38,470 nt of DNA, taken from NCBI GenBank assembly GCA_031420215.1, contig JANOMH010000623.1, positions 1-38,470 of the forward strand. The letters are read 5' to 3'. The notes under the pieces were generated by a model, which was given only the letters and a program-made list of their open reading frames with translations, had not been told where the DNA came from and searched no databases. The stretch's first letter is position 1. Every line of letters begins with the position of its first letter. This stretch comes from Rhodobacterales bacterium (GTDB lineage: Bacteria; Pseudomonadota; Alphaproteobacteria; Rhodobacterales; Rhodobacteraceae). A program made the position numbers and the translations under genes. Positions 25,257 to 33,468 of this stretch are shown piece after piece.

Positions 25257-26588
25257 ATGACCACAGACCTGATCGAACGGATGACTGCCGCTATTGCCCG
25301 CCTGCGCCCCACCCATCCGGTAGGGCGGGTCAGCGGGGCCTCGGGCGGGATGATCACGGTGAGTGGTCTGCACCATCTGGCCCGCCTTGGACACAAGGCG
25401 CGGGTGATGGAGGCGGACCGGGTCTTGCTGGCCGAAGTCATTCGCATTCAAGACGAGACCATCTATCTGCTGCCAGAGGGGCCTGCCGATGGCATCTGCG
25501 TCGGCGACCGGGTGCAGCTTGACCCGCCCGCCGCCTTTGCACCCGACCACAGCTGGATCGGGCGGGTCGTCGACCCCGACGGCGCACCGCTGGATGGCCG
25601 CCCACTGCTGCCCGGTCTGACTGCACGATCCCTTTATGCCAGCCCGCCCGCCCCGCATACCCGCCGGGCGATGGGGGCGCGACTGGACACCGGCTTTGCG
25701 GTGTTCAACACACTTCTGCCGCTGGCGCGCGGCCAACGGATCGGGCTGTTCGCGGGGTCGGGCGTCGGCAAATCCACTCTGCTCGCCGATCTGGCCCGGA
25801 TGGTCACCGCCGATGTGATCGTGATCGGGCTGGTCGGTGAACGGGGGCGCGAGTTGCGGCATTTTGTCGAGGAGGTGCTGGGGCCAGAGGGGATGAAACG
25901 CTCTGTCGTCGTGGCCGCCACGTCGGACCGCGCCCCCCAGGTCCGCCGCCGCGCCGCCCAAGCAGCCACCGCCGTTGCCGAATATTTCCGCGATGCAGGC
26001 GCGCAAGTCCTGCTGCTGATTGACTCGGTTACCCGCTTTGCCGAGGCGCACCGCGAACTGGCCGTCGCTGCGGGTGAACCCGCCGCCTTGCGCGGCTTTC
26101 CAGCCTCGACCGGGCCTTCCATCGCCGCCCTTTGTGAACGGGCCGGGCCGGGGTCAGGCGATGCAGGCGACATCACCGCCATCTATTCGGTGCTCGTAGC
26201 CGGGTCCGATATGGACGAACCCGTGGCCGACATGCTGCGGGGCGTGCTGGACGGGCATGTGGTGCTGGACCGGACCATTGCCGAACGGGGGCGGTTCCCG
26301 GCGGTAGACCTGCTGCGTTCGGTCTCGCGCTGTTTGCCCGCCGTGGCCAGCCCGCCGGAAAATGCGCTGATTGCCGAGGCGCGGGGGCTTTTGGGCACCT
26401 ATGACCGGGCCGAACTGATGATCCAGTCAGGGCTATATACGCCCGGCTCTGACCCCGGCATTGATGCGGCGATCCAAACCCATCCAGGCCTGGAAAAGTT
26501 TCTGGCGCAACGCGAGCCTCAAGGGGCAACAGCAAGCTTTGCCGCCCTGCGCAATGCCATGACGCGAACAAACAAGGCGGCGCGCTGA
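25257..26588 (+). CDS. fliI: flagellum-specific ATPase FliI
   Basis: 443 aa with Walker [19 protein letters not shown] and Walker B-like [13 protein letters not shown]1/T3SS ATPase fold. Divergent from flgB. Confidence 0.9.
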   Translation: MTTDLIERMTAAIARLRPTHPVGRVSGASGGMITVSGLHHLARLGHKARVMEADRVLLAEVIRIQDETIYLLPEGPADGICVGDRVQLDPPAAFAPDHSWIGRVVDPDGAPLDGRPLLPGLTARSLYASPPAPHTRRAMGARLDTGFAVFNTLLPLARGQRIGLFAGSGVGKSTLLADLARMVTADVIVIGLVGERGRELRHFVEEVLGPEGMKRSVVVAATSDRAPQVRRRAAQAATAVAEYFRDAGAQVLLLIDSVTRFAEAHRELAVAAGEPAALRGFPASTGPSIAALCERAGPGSGDAGDITAIYSVLVAGSDMDEPVADMLRGVLDGHVVLDRTIAERGRFPAVDLLRSVSRCLPAVASPPENALIAEARGLLGTYDRAELMIQSGLYTPGSDPGIDAAIQTHPGLEKFLAQREPQGATASFAALRNAMTRTNKAAR

Positions 26589-26593
26589 ACGCA

Positions 26594-26635
26594 GGCCCGC
26601 TTGCCCCCCGGTCGGCCCCTCCCTATAAGCGGGCC
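26594..26635 (+). other. 9-bp inverted repeat (GGCCCGCTT ... AAGCGGGCC) with 24-nt loop between fliI and pyrB
   Basis: Read directly from the sequence. It occupies most of the 65-bp fliI-pyrB gap. It could be a terminator or a pyrB leader structure. No T-tract. Confidence 0.25.
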
Positions 26636-26653
26636 AACAAACCGGGGGCCAAA

Positions 26654-27622
26654 ATGTCATTCCGCGCCACGCATCTTTTGGGCATCGAACACCTGACCCC
26701 CGCCGACATCACTGCCCTGATCGATGCATCTGATCGTTATGCCGAACAAAACCGGCGGGGCGACACTCCACGCGACGTACTGGCGGGCCTGACCCAGATC
26801 AATATGTTTTTCGAGGCATCGACCCGGACCCAAGCCAGTTTCGAACTGGCAGGCAAGCGGCTCGGGGCAACCGTGATGAACATGGCGATGCAGGCCACCA
26901 GCATCAAAAAAGGCGAGACGCTGATCGACACGGCGCTGACGCTGAACGCCATGCACCCCGATCTGCTGGTCGTGCGGCACCCGCAGTCCGGGGCCGTTGA
27001 TTTATTGGCGCAAAAGGTCAACTGCGCTGTCCTGAACGCAGGCGATGGGCGGCATGAACACCCGACGCAGGCCTTGCTGGATGGGCTCACCATCCGCCGC
27101 GCCAAGGGTCGGCTGCACCGCCTGTCCATCGCCATCTGCGGCGACATCGCCCATTCCCGCGTCGCCCGGTCGAACATCTTTCTGCTGGGCAAAATGGAAA
27201 ACCGGGTCCGGCTGATCGGGCCATCGACCCTGATGCCCGCCGGGATTGCCGAATTCGGCTGCGAGGTCTTTGACGACATGCGCGAGGGGCTGCGCGGCGT
27301 CGATGTCGTCATGATGCTGCGCCTGCAAAAGGAACGGATGGACGGCGGGTTCATCCCGTCCGAACGCGAATATTACCACCGCTACGGGCTGGACGCCGAA
27401 AAACTGTCTTACGCGAAAGAGGATGCCATCGTCATGCACCCCGGCCCGATGAACCGCGGGGTCGAGATTGACAGCACCATCGCCGACGACATCAACCGCT
27501 CGGCGATCCAAACCCAGGTCGAAATGGGCGTCGCCGTGCGCATGGCCGCGATGGAGCTACTGGCGCGGAATTTGAAGGACCGGCGGGCGGAAGAGCGGCG
27601 GAATGCGGGGGTGATGGTGTGA
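26654..27622 (+). CDS. pyrB: aspartate carbamoyltransferase catalytic subunit PyrB
   Basis: 322 aa with ATCase/OTCase motifs: [21 protein letters not shown] and [11 protein letters not shown]. Confidence 0.9.
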   Translation: MSFRATHLLGIEHLTPADITALIDASDRYAEQNRRGDTPRDVLAGLTQINMFFEASTRTQASFELAGKRLGATVMNMAMQATSIKKGETLIDTALTLNAMHPDLLVVRHPQSGAVDLLAQKVNCAVLNAGDGRHEHPTQALLDGLTIRRAKGRLHRLSIAICGDIAHSRVARSNIFLLGKMENRVRLIGPSTLMPAGIAEFGCEVFDDMREGLRGVDVVMMLRLQKERMDGGFIPSEREYYHRYGLDAEKLSYAKEDAIVMHPGPMNRGVEIDSTIADDINRSAIQTQVEMGVAVRMAAMELLARNLKDRRAEERRNAGVMV

Positions 27623-27723
27623 AAAAGCCAATGTCAGATGCAAGGATCAGCGGCATGGTTGCGACTGTGGCGCTGGTGGTGATGTTTGGGCTGGTCGCGC
27701 TGATTGTGTGGGTGGGGAGTTGA
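27619..27723 (+). CDS. candidate micro-ORF encoding a 34-aa single-TM peptide ([34 protein letters not shown]), absent from the ORF track
   Basis: GTG at 27619 overlaps the pyrB TGA (GTGA). There is an alternative in-frame ATG at 27631. The stop TGA at 27721-27723 lies 2 nt before the pyrC' ATG. The ORF fills the whole 103-nt gap, its third-position G/C bias is similar to the neighbouring genes, and it encodes a hydrophobic core about 22 residues long. Confidence 0.35.
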   Translation: MKKPMSDARISGMVATVALVVMFGLVALIVWVGS

Positions 27724-27725
27724 AT

Positions 27726-29006
27726 ATGACTGCACCCATGACCCTCCTCCTCAGCAACGCCCTTCTCATCGACCCCGAGGCCGGAACCGTCACCCCCGGC
27801 TCCCTGCTCATCGAACACGGCCTCATCACCCAGATCCTGCCGCCAGACGCAACATCCCCCAACGCACTCAACTGCCACGGCCTCCACCTCGCCCCCGGCA
27901 TTGTCGATCTGGGGGTCAAGGTCGGCGAACCCGGCGAGCGGCACAAGGAGTCCTTCCGCACCGCCGGCCAATCCGCTGCCGCCGGGGGCATCACCACGAT
28001 CATCACAAGGCCCGACACCAGCCCCGCCATCGACACGCCCGAAGTCCTTGAATTCGTCACCAAACGCGCCGCCGCTGACAGCCCCGTCAGAGTCCTGCAT
28101 ATGTCCGCCCTGACCAAATCCCGTGCAGGCGCCGAAATGGTCGAGATCGGGTTCATGCTGGACGCGGGCGCTGTGGCTTTCACCGACGCCGACCATGTAA
28201 CCCAGAACACCAAACTCCTGTCGCGCTGCATGACTTACGCCAAATCCCTCAACGCCCTGATCATCGGCCACCCGCAAGACCCCGGCCTGACCGAAGGGTC
28301 ATGCGCCACCACCGGAAAATTCGCCTCGCTCCGGGGCCTGCCCGGCGTGTCGCCGATGGCCGAGCGGATGGGCTTTGACCGTGATATGGCCTTGGTCGAA
28401 ATGACCGGCGTGCGCTACCACGCCGATCAGATTACCACGGCGCGGACCCTGCCTGCGCTGGCCCGGGCCAAGAAAAACGGGCTGGATGTGACCGCCGGGA
28501 TCAGCATCCACCACCTGACCCTGAACGACATGGACGTGGCCGATTACCGGACCTTCTTCAAACTGACCCCGCCGCTCCGCCACGAAGATGACCGCGCCGC
28601 CATGGTCCAGGCCGTCGCCGATGGGCTGATCGACATCATCTGCTCGATGCACACGCCGCAAGACGAGGAATCCAAGCGGCTGCCTTTCGAAGCCGCCGCC
28701 AGCGGCGCGGTCGGCCTTGAAACCCTTCTGCCCGCCGCTCTGCGCCTCTATCACAACGGCCAAATCCCATTACCGCAACTGTTCCGGGCGCTTTCGCTCA
28801 ACCCCTCCAAACGCCTGAACCTGCTCACCGGGCGGCTGGCTGAAGGTGCCCCCGCCGACCTTGTCCTGTTCGACCCGAACACGCCGTTTCAGCTTGACCG
28901 CAACACTTTGCGATCAAAATCCCGCAACACCCCCTTTGACGGGGCGCGATTGCAGGGCAAAGTGCATGGCACATGGGTCGCAGGAACCCGCGTATTCGGA
29001 GAGTAA
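27726..29006 (+). CDS. pyrC: dihydroorotase-like protein, probably the non-catalytic PyrC' type
   Basis: 426 aa counted from the ATG at 27726 (GGGGAG SD upstream; the track ORF starts at GTG 27708). It shows the amidohydrolase/DHOase pattern (GGITTIITRPDT, ISIHHLTLND, KLTPPLR). However, the HxH metal motif reads DLGVKVGEPG, and the DHAPH motif reads SMHTPQ. Confidence 0.8.
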   Translation: MTAPMTLLLSNALLIDPEAGTVTPGSLLIEHGLITQILPPDATSPNALNCHGLHLAPGIVDLGVKVGEPGERHKESFRTAGQSAAAGGITTIITRPDTSPAIDTPEVLEFVTKRAAADSPVRVLHMSALTKSRAGAEMVEIGFMLDAGAVAFTDADHVTQNTKLLSRCMTYAKSLNALIIGHPQDPGLTEGSCATTGKFASLRGLPGVSPMAERMGFDRDMALVEMTGVRYHADQITTARTLPALARAKKNGLDVTAGISIHHLTLNDMDVADYRTFFKLTPPLRHEDDRAAMVQAVADGLIDIICSMHTPQDEESKRLPFEAAASGAVGLETLLPAALRLYHNGQIPLPQLFRALSLNPSKRLNLLTGRLAEGAPADLVLFDPNTPFQLDRNTLRSKSRNTPFDGARLQGKVHGTWVAGTRVFGE

Positions 29007-29007
29007 A

Positions 29008-29616
29008 TTGCCCCAGATCATCAACCCCAGCACGATCCTGCTACTTTGGACGGCTATCGGCTACCTGATCGGATCTGTCCCCTTCGGCATCATCGTCACC
29101 CGGGCGATGAACCTTGGCGACCTGCGGCAAATCGGATCGGGCAACATCGGGGCCACCAATGTGCTGCGCACCGGCAACAAAACCGCCGCCGCATTGACGC
29201 TGCTGCTGGACGGGGGAAAAGGGGCGGTCGTCGTTCTGCTCGCCCGGTATCTGGCAGGCGAAGATGCTGGCCATATCGCGGCACTGGCCGCTTTCATCGG
29301 CCATTGCTTTCCGGTCTGGCTGAAGTTCAAAGGCGGCAAGGGCGTTGCCACCTTTCTTGGCATCATCCTGGCGCTGGCGTGGCCGGTCGGCCTGCTGTGT
29401 CTTGCGACATGGGCCGCCGTCGCCGCGACGATGCGCTACTCGTCACTCGCGGCTCTCATGGCGGCTGGATTAGCACCACTCTGGGCCATCGTGTCAGGGC
29501 GGGGCGAGGTGCTGCTCCTCAGCCTGATCCTCGGCATCCTGATCTACATCCGGCACGCAGCCAATATCAGACGGCTGCGGGCCGGAACCGAACCGAGGAT
29601 TGGCCAGAAAACCTAA
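29008..29616 (+). CDS. plsY: glycerol-3-phosphate acyltransferase PlsY
   Basis: Contains IGYLIGSVPFGIIV...GSGNIGATNVLRTGNK...GGKGVAT. There is no in-frame ATG near the N-terminus. I chose the TTG at 29008, 1 nt after the pyrC' stop with GGAGAG upstream, giving about 202 aa. The rest of the track ORF (from 28846) overlaps pyrC'. Confidence 0.85.
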   Translation: MPQIINPSTILLLWTAIGYLIGSVPFGIIVTRAMNLGDLRQIGSGNIGATNVLRTGNKTAAALTLLLDGGKGAVVVLLARYLAGEDAGHIAALAAFIGHCFPVWLKFKGGKGVATFLGIILALAWPVGLLCLATWAAVAATMRYSSLAALMAAGLAPLWAIVSGRGEVLLLSLILGILIYIRHAANIRRLRAGTEPRIGQKT

Positions 29617-29648
29617 CTCTTGGTCATCTTTGTCGCCAAAATACTCCC

Positions 29649-29663
29649 GCCGGAGGCTCCGGC
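29649..29663. terminator. short hairpin (GCCGGA-ggc-TCCGGC) in the convergent plsY / small-membrane-protein gap
   Basis: A 6-bp inverted repeat seen in the sequence. It could serve either strand. Weak. Confidence 0.25.
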
Positions 29664-29690
29664 CCCCGGCAAAAGGCCCGTCCTGAACCG

Positions 29691-29987
29691 TTACTTGCCC
29701 GCCATCCGCTCCAACGCAGCGGCGGTCTTTTTGGTGTTCTGGTAGATTCCAAGCCCCAGATACATCAGCCCACCGATGAACAGGACGTAAAGCAACCCGC
29801 CCACCAGGATCCCCGCTCCAACCAGCGGACCACCCGGCATCGGCTGCCCATTCATCATCACGGAATTGCCGCCGCCCCCAAAAGCCGCCATCCCGGCAAA
29901 GGCCACCACCGCAATGATCATCAATACCAAGATGATCCCCAACAGGATTTCGAATCCATTGATAAAAAAGTCGCGCATTTGTGACAT
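29691..29987 (-). CDS. hypothetical small Gly-rich membrane protein (2 TM helices)
   Basis: I chose the ATG at 29987 (MSQMRDFFINGFEILLGIILVLMIIAVVAF...) because of the GGAAGGA SD. This gives 98 aa. The track ORF extends to 30041. Confidence 0.55.
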   Translation of the reverse strand: MSQMRDFFINGFEILLGIILVLMIIAVVAFAGMAAFGGGGNSVMMNGQPMPGGPLVGAGILVGGLLYVLFIGGLMYLGLGIYQNTKKTAAALERMAGK

Positions 29988-30067
29988 CCTTCCATGAAAT
30001 GCGGGGGGCCTACAAACTACCGGGCCTTCCGGCAACTTCACTGGAAGATCAGCGAAAAGTCAACAAA

Positions 30068-31414
30068 TCAGTAGCTTGTCGCGGCATAGACCTTACTCAG
30101 ATCACCCGCCCAATCGCCATGATACAGGTTCAGCAATTCGTCTGCCTGCGTGCGGCCCCGTGCGACCTCATCCGCGAGCACGTCCAGATGCACCGCCTCG
30201 CCAAAGCCGCGGGCGTTCAACCCGGCCCGCGATATCGCCAGCACTTCGCGGGCCAGCGGTAGCATCGACACCCCCCCGGCCTCGGCCTGCAACCCGGCAA
30301 CTGACGCCGCCACCCGCAGCCCTTCACGGGTTTCGGCAGTCCAGCCCTTGACCAGATCCCAACAGGCATCCAGTGCTGGCTGATCATACATCAAGCCCAC
30401 CCAAAACGCGGGCATTGCGGCCAGATGGCGGACTGACCCGGCATCCGCCCCGCGCATTTCGATGAACTGCTTGATCCGCGCCTCGGGGAATACCGTCGTC
30501 AGGTGATCCGCCCAATCGCTGAGCGTCGGCACTTCCCCCGGCAGGGCAGGCAATTTTCCCGCCAGAAAATCCCGGAATGATTGGCCCAAGGCATTGATAT
30601 ACTTGCCATCCCGATAGACAAAATACATCGGCACATCCAGCACCCAATCGACCCAGCGCTCGTATCCCATGCCGGGGTCAAAGGCGAAGGGCAGCATCCC
30701 GGTGCGGGCATTGTCCAGCCCACGCCAAATGCGGGACCGCCAGGATTTATGGCCGTTCAGACCGCCATCAAAAAACGGCGATGACGCAAACAGAGCCGTC
30801 GCCACCGGCTGCAACGCCAAAGCCACGCGCAGCTTTTGCACCATGTCCGCCTCGGACCCGAAATCCAGATTAACCTGCACGGTGCAGGTCCGGTACATCA
30901 TCTGGGTGCCATGCGTGCCAACCCGGCCCATATAATCGGTCATCAGCTTGTACCGGCCCTTGGGCATCACCGGCATTTCTGCGCCAGTCCACACCGGGGC
31001 AGCCCCGATCCCCATGAACCGCACGCCCATCTCATCGGCCAGCACCTTGACCTCGGCCAGATGGGCGCGGGTCTCGGCATCGGTTTCGTGAATGGTTTCC
31101 AACGGTGCGCCCGACAGTTCAAACTGCCCGCCGGGTTCCAGCGACACATTGGCTCCGTCCTTCTTCAGCCCGATGATATTGTCGCCCTCAAGCACAGGGG
31201 TCCAGCCAAACCGGTCGCGTAAGCCATGAAACAAAGCCAAAATCGAACGCGGCCCATCATAGGGCAAAGGGGCCAGCGTATCCGTCAGATAGCCGAACTT
31301 TTCATGCTCTGTGCCAATCCGCCAGTCGGCCCGCGGCTTTTCACCCGCCGCAATATATTGCGCCAATTGGTCATGATGTTCGATCGGGCCACCGCCGGAC
31401 TGGGGAATAGACAT
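30068..31414 (-). CDS. gshA: glutamate--cysteine ligase (plant/alphaproteobacterial type)
   Basis: 448 aa. Contains RIGTEHEKFGY...VSLEPGGQFELSGAP...YRTCTVQVNLDF, as in GSH1/GshA-type gamma-glutamylcysteine synthetases. Confidence 0.85.
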   Translation of the reverse strand: MSIPQSGGGPIEHHDQLAQYIAAGEKPRADWRIGTEHEKFGYLTDTLAPLPYDGPRSILALFHGLRDRFGWTPVLEGDNIIGLKKDGANVSLEPGGQFELSGAPLETIHETDAETRAHLAEVKVLADEMGVRFMGIGAAPVWTGAEMPVMPKGRYKLMTDYMGRVGTHGTQMMYRTCTVQVNLDFGSEADMVQKLRVALALQPVATALFASSPFFDGGLNGHKSWRSRIWRGLDNARTGMLPFAFDPGMGYERWVDWVLDVPMYFVYRDGKYINALGQSFRDFLAGKLPALPGEVPTLSDWADHLTTVFPEARIKQFIEMRGADAGSVRHLAAMPAFWVGLMYDQPALDACWDLVKGWTAETREGLRVAASVAGLQAEAGGVSMLPLAREVLAISRAGLNARGFGEAVHLDVLADEVARGRTQADELLNLYHGDWAGDLSKVYAATSY

Positions 31415-31582
31415 GGGGAAAGGGGCTCCGTTCGCAGAGATGTCAGCCGCAAACAGGTGAAGCGTTGCGCAGGCAAAGTCAATTGCCAGTCAGCCGCGTT
31501 ACACTCTGCACAAACGCCCCGATTGCCGGAATGCCGCAGGTCGCCTAAGCTGTGCATGTTGGTGTGTTCAAGGAGTCCGCTC

Positions 31583-32875
31583 ATGCGCCTGTTATCCGGC
31601 CTGCCTCTCTTGTCGCTGACCGCCCTTTTGTTGGCCTCCTGCGACAGCCCCAGCCCCAGGATCGAGGCGGCCAGCCCACCCCCTGTGTCAGCCGACAGCG
31701 AATCCCGTGCGGCCCCCGGCACTTTTGCCGCCGAAGTGGCCGAAGCTCCGGTTGTGGCAGTTGAACCAGCCGCCGCTGGCACCGGCTTTGTCCGCGCCGG
31801 AGTGCTGACCGCAGGCGATATCGACGACACGCTGAACCTGTCCGCATTTACCCGTTACCTGTCCCGTGCCAAGGCCGAAACCGGCCTGCCCCTGACCAAT
31901 TTCGCGGCCCCCGTCATGGCGCAACTGATCGACCCCGATGGCACCCCCGCCCCCGGCCAGCGCATCACCCTGCGTCTGCCCGGTGCGGCGGACCCATTCT
32001 ATGACGGCTACTCCGGGGTCAACGGCATGATCACCGTGTTCCCCGCGATGCTCGGTGCCGGGGCGCCGCGCACTGTCGAACTGCGGGCCTTTGGCGACCA
32101 ACAGGAACCAGTCAGCCAGACTCTGCCCACTGGAACACGGACGCAAATCCAAGTCCCCGCGTCCGGCCCTGCCACTCCCGGTTTCCTCGATCTGGTGTTT
32201 GTGGTCGATGCCACCGGCAGCATGGGCGACGAATTGGAATGGCTGACCCGCGACCTGAACCGGATCGTGACGCGGGCCACCCAAGGTCTGCCCGGCATCG
32301 ACACCCGCTACGGGCTGATCGTCTACCGCGACATCGGTGATGAATTTGTGGTGCGCAGCTATGCCTTTACCGGATCGGCGGGCGAAATGCGCCGGGAGCT
32401 GCGTGCCCAAACTGCCGACGCAGGCGGCGACTATCCCGAGGCTGCGGCAGCGGCGATGGAGGCGGCGATGGCCCTGCAATGGCGGCGAGGGCATGGCGAG
32501 CGGCTGTTGTTTCAGGTCGCCGACGCGCCTCCTCACCCCGAAGACTCTGGCCGCTACCTCGCCGCCGCCCGGGTTGCCGCACGGAACAATATCCAGATTT
32601 TCGGCCTTGGGGCCAGTGGCGTGGCGGACGAGGCTGAGTTCCTGATGCGGCAGGCCGCTGCCCAAACCGGCGGGCGCTATCTGTTCCTGACTGACGATTC
32701 CGGGGTCGGCAATGCGCATCAGGAACCGCGCGTCAGTTGCTATCTGGTCACCGAACTGGGCGACCTGATGGCCCGGGTGCTGCGGTCGGAACTGACCGGA
32801 CAGCGGATTGAACCCGACCCGGCCTCGGTGATCCGCACCGTAGGCAGCTACCAGAACGGCGTGTGCCGGGACTGA
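31583..32875 (+). CDS. vWA-domain lipoprotein, function unknown
   Basis: ATG at 31583 after an AAGGAG SD. Lipobox MRLLSGLPLLSLTALLLASC. MIDAS-type motif LVFVVDATGSMGDE and later FQVADAPPH...IFGLGA. 430 aa. The upstream part of the 549-aa track ORF is antisense to gshA. Confidence 0.75.
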   Translation: MRLLSGLPLLSLTALLLASCDSPSPRIEAASPPPVSADSESRAAPGTFAAEVAEAPVVAVEPAAAGTGFVRAGVLTAGDIDDTLNLSAFTRYLSRAKAETGLPLTNFAAPVMAQLIDPDGTPAPGQRITLRLPGAADPFYDGYSGVNGMITVFPAMLGAGAPRTVELRAFGDQQEPVSQTLPTGTRTQIQVPASGPATPGFLDLVFVVDATGSMGDELEWLTRDLNRIVTRATQGLPGIDTRYGLIVYRDIGDEFVVRSYAFTGSAGEMRRELRAQTADAGGDYPEAAAAAMEAAMALQWRRGHGERLLFQVADAPPHPEDSGRYLAAARVAARNNIQIFGLGASGVADEAEFLMRQAAAQTGGRYLFLTDDSGVGNAHQEPRVSCYLVTELGDLMARVLRSELTGQRIEPDPASVIRTVGSYQNGVCRD

Positions 32876-32949
32876 TCTTTCGTCCCCCGTTCTTTTGGCC
32901 CTAAATATCCCCGCGCGGCGCGCATCAAAAGTTCTGTCTTGGCCAAAGC

Positions 32950-33468
32950 TCAGTGCAGCCTTGCCCGCGCCGTCGTCTGCCAGATCAACACCCGCCCGCC
33001 CGGATTGCCGTGCAACAACTCTAACATCCGCTCGGTCCTGATCCCAGGCAAGGCGGCAAAAACATCAAACAGCGCCTCGGCCCCGGCAGCATTCACCGGA
33101 ATTTGGACCGCCTGCCCGGCCAGATCGGTCAAGATCCAATGGGCGGGCTTGCCCGTCGGGTCCAGATCGACCCGGACAAGATCACCCAGATCGATCACCC
33201 CACCGGTCAGTGGCCCGAAGTAGGCCAACTGCCGTTCATCGACATGCACCACGCCGGGACCACCGCTTCCCATGGCAAAGCGCAGGCGCTGCACCGCGAT
33301 GACGGCCATCGCTACCCCGATCAAGCCCAGCAACACCGCCAGCAAGCGCAGGAAACCAAAGCTGTCCAAGCCCCACCACAGGGCCAACAGGATCACGACC
33401 CCGGCGACAATGACCTCGCGCCAGCGCCACAGGGCCGCACGGGCTTCGGGGCGCAGAAACTCATCCAT
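32950..33468 (-). CDS. hypothetical membrane protein (2 N-terminal TM helices plus soluble C-domain)
   Basis: The ATG at 33468 (MDEFLRPEARAALWRWREVIVAGVVILLALWWG...) overlaps the GNAT gene's end by 8 nt. This gives 173 aa. The 2-TM-plus-beta-rich-domain layout recalls bacterial PH (bPH)-type proteins; this is unverified. Confidence 0.55.
   Translation of the reverse strand: MDEFLRPEARAALWRWREVIVAGVVILLALWWGLDSFGFLRLLAVLLGLIGVAMAVIAVQRLRFAMGSGGPGVVHVDERQLAYFGPLTGGVIDLGDLVRVDLDPTGKPAHWILTDLAGQAVQIPVNAAGAEALFDVFAALPGIRTERMLELLHGNPGGRVLIWQTTARARLH

Noticed and set aside
25203-26051. 282-aa minus-strand ORF antisense to fliI
   Set aside because: FliI on the plus strand has unambiguous Walker motifs. 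The antisense product is a Gly/Arg/Pro/His-rich shadow ORF.
27492-28277. 261-aa and 194-aa minus-strand ORFs across the pyrB/pyrC' junction
   Set aside because: They overlap two confidently identified plus-strand genes and have low-complexity Gly/Asp/Ala/Ser composition. They are shadow ORFs.
28846-29007. N-terminal extension of the plsY ORF
   Set aside because: It overlaps the 3' end of pyrC'. PlsY homology begins right after the TTG at 29008.
31226-31582. N-terminal extension of the 549-aa ORF containing the vWA gene
   Set aside because: It overlaps the gshA 5' end and the promoter region. A consensus SD plus a lipoprotein signal peptide start at 31583.
31688-32719. 343-aa minus-strand ORF antisense to the vWA lipoprotein gene
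   Set aside because: The plus-strand frame carries the lipobox and MIDAS motif. The antisense frame is Gly/Arg/His-rich and has no motifs.
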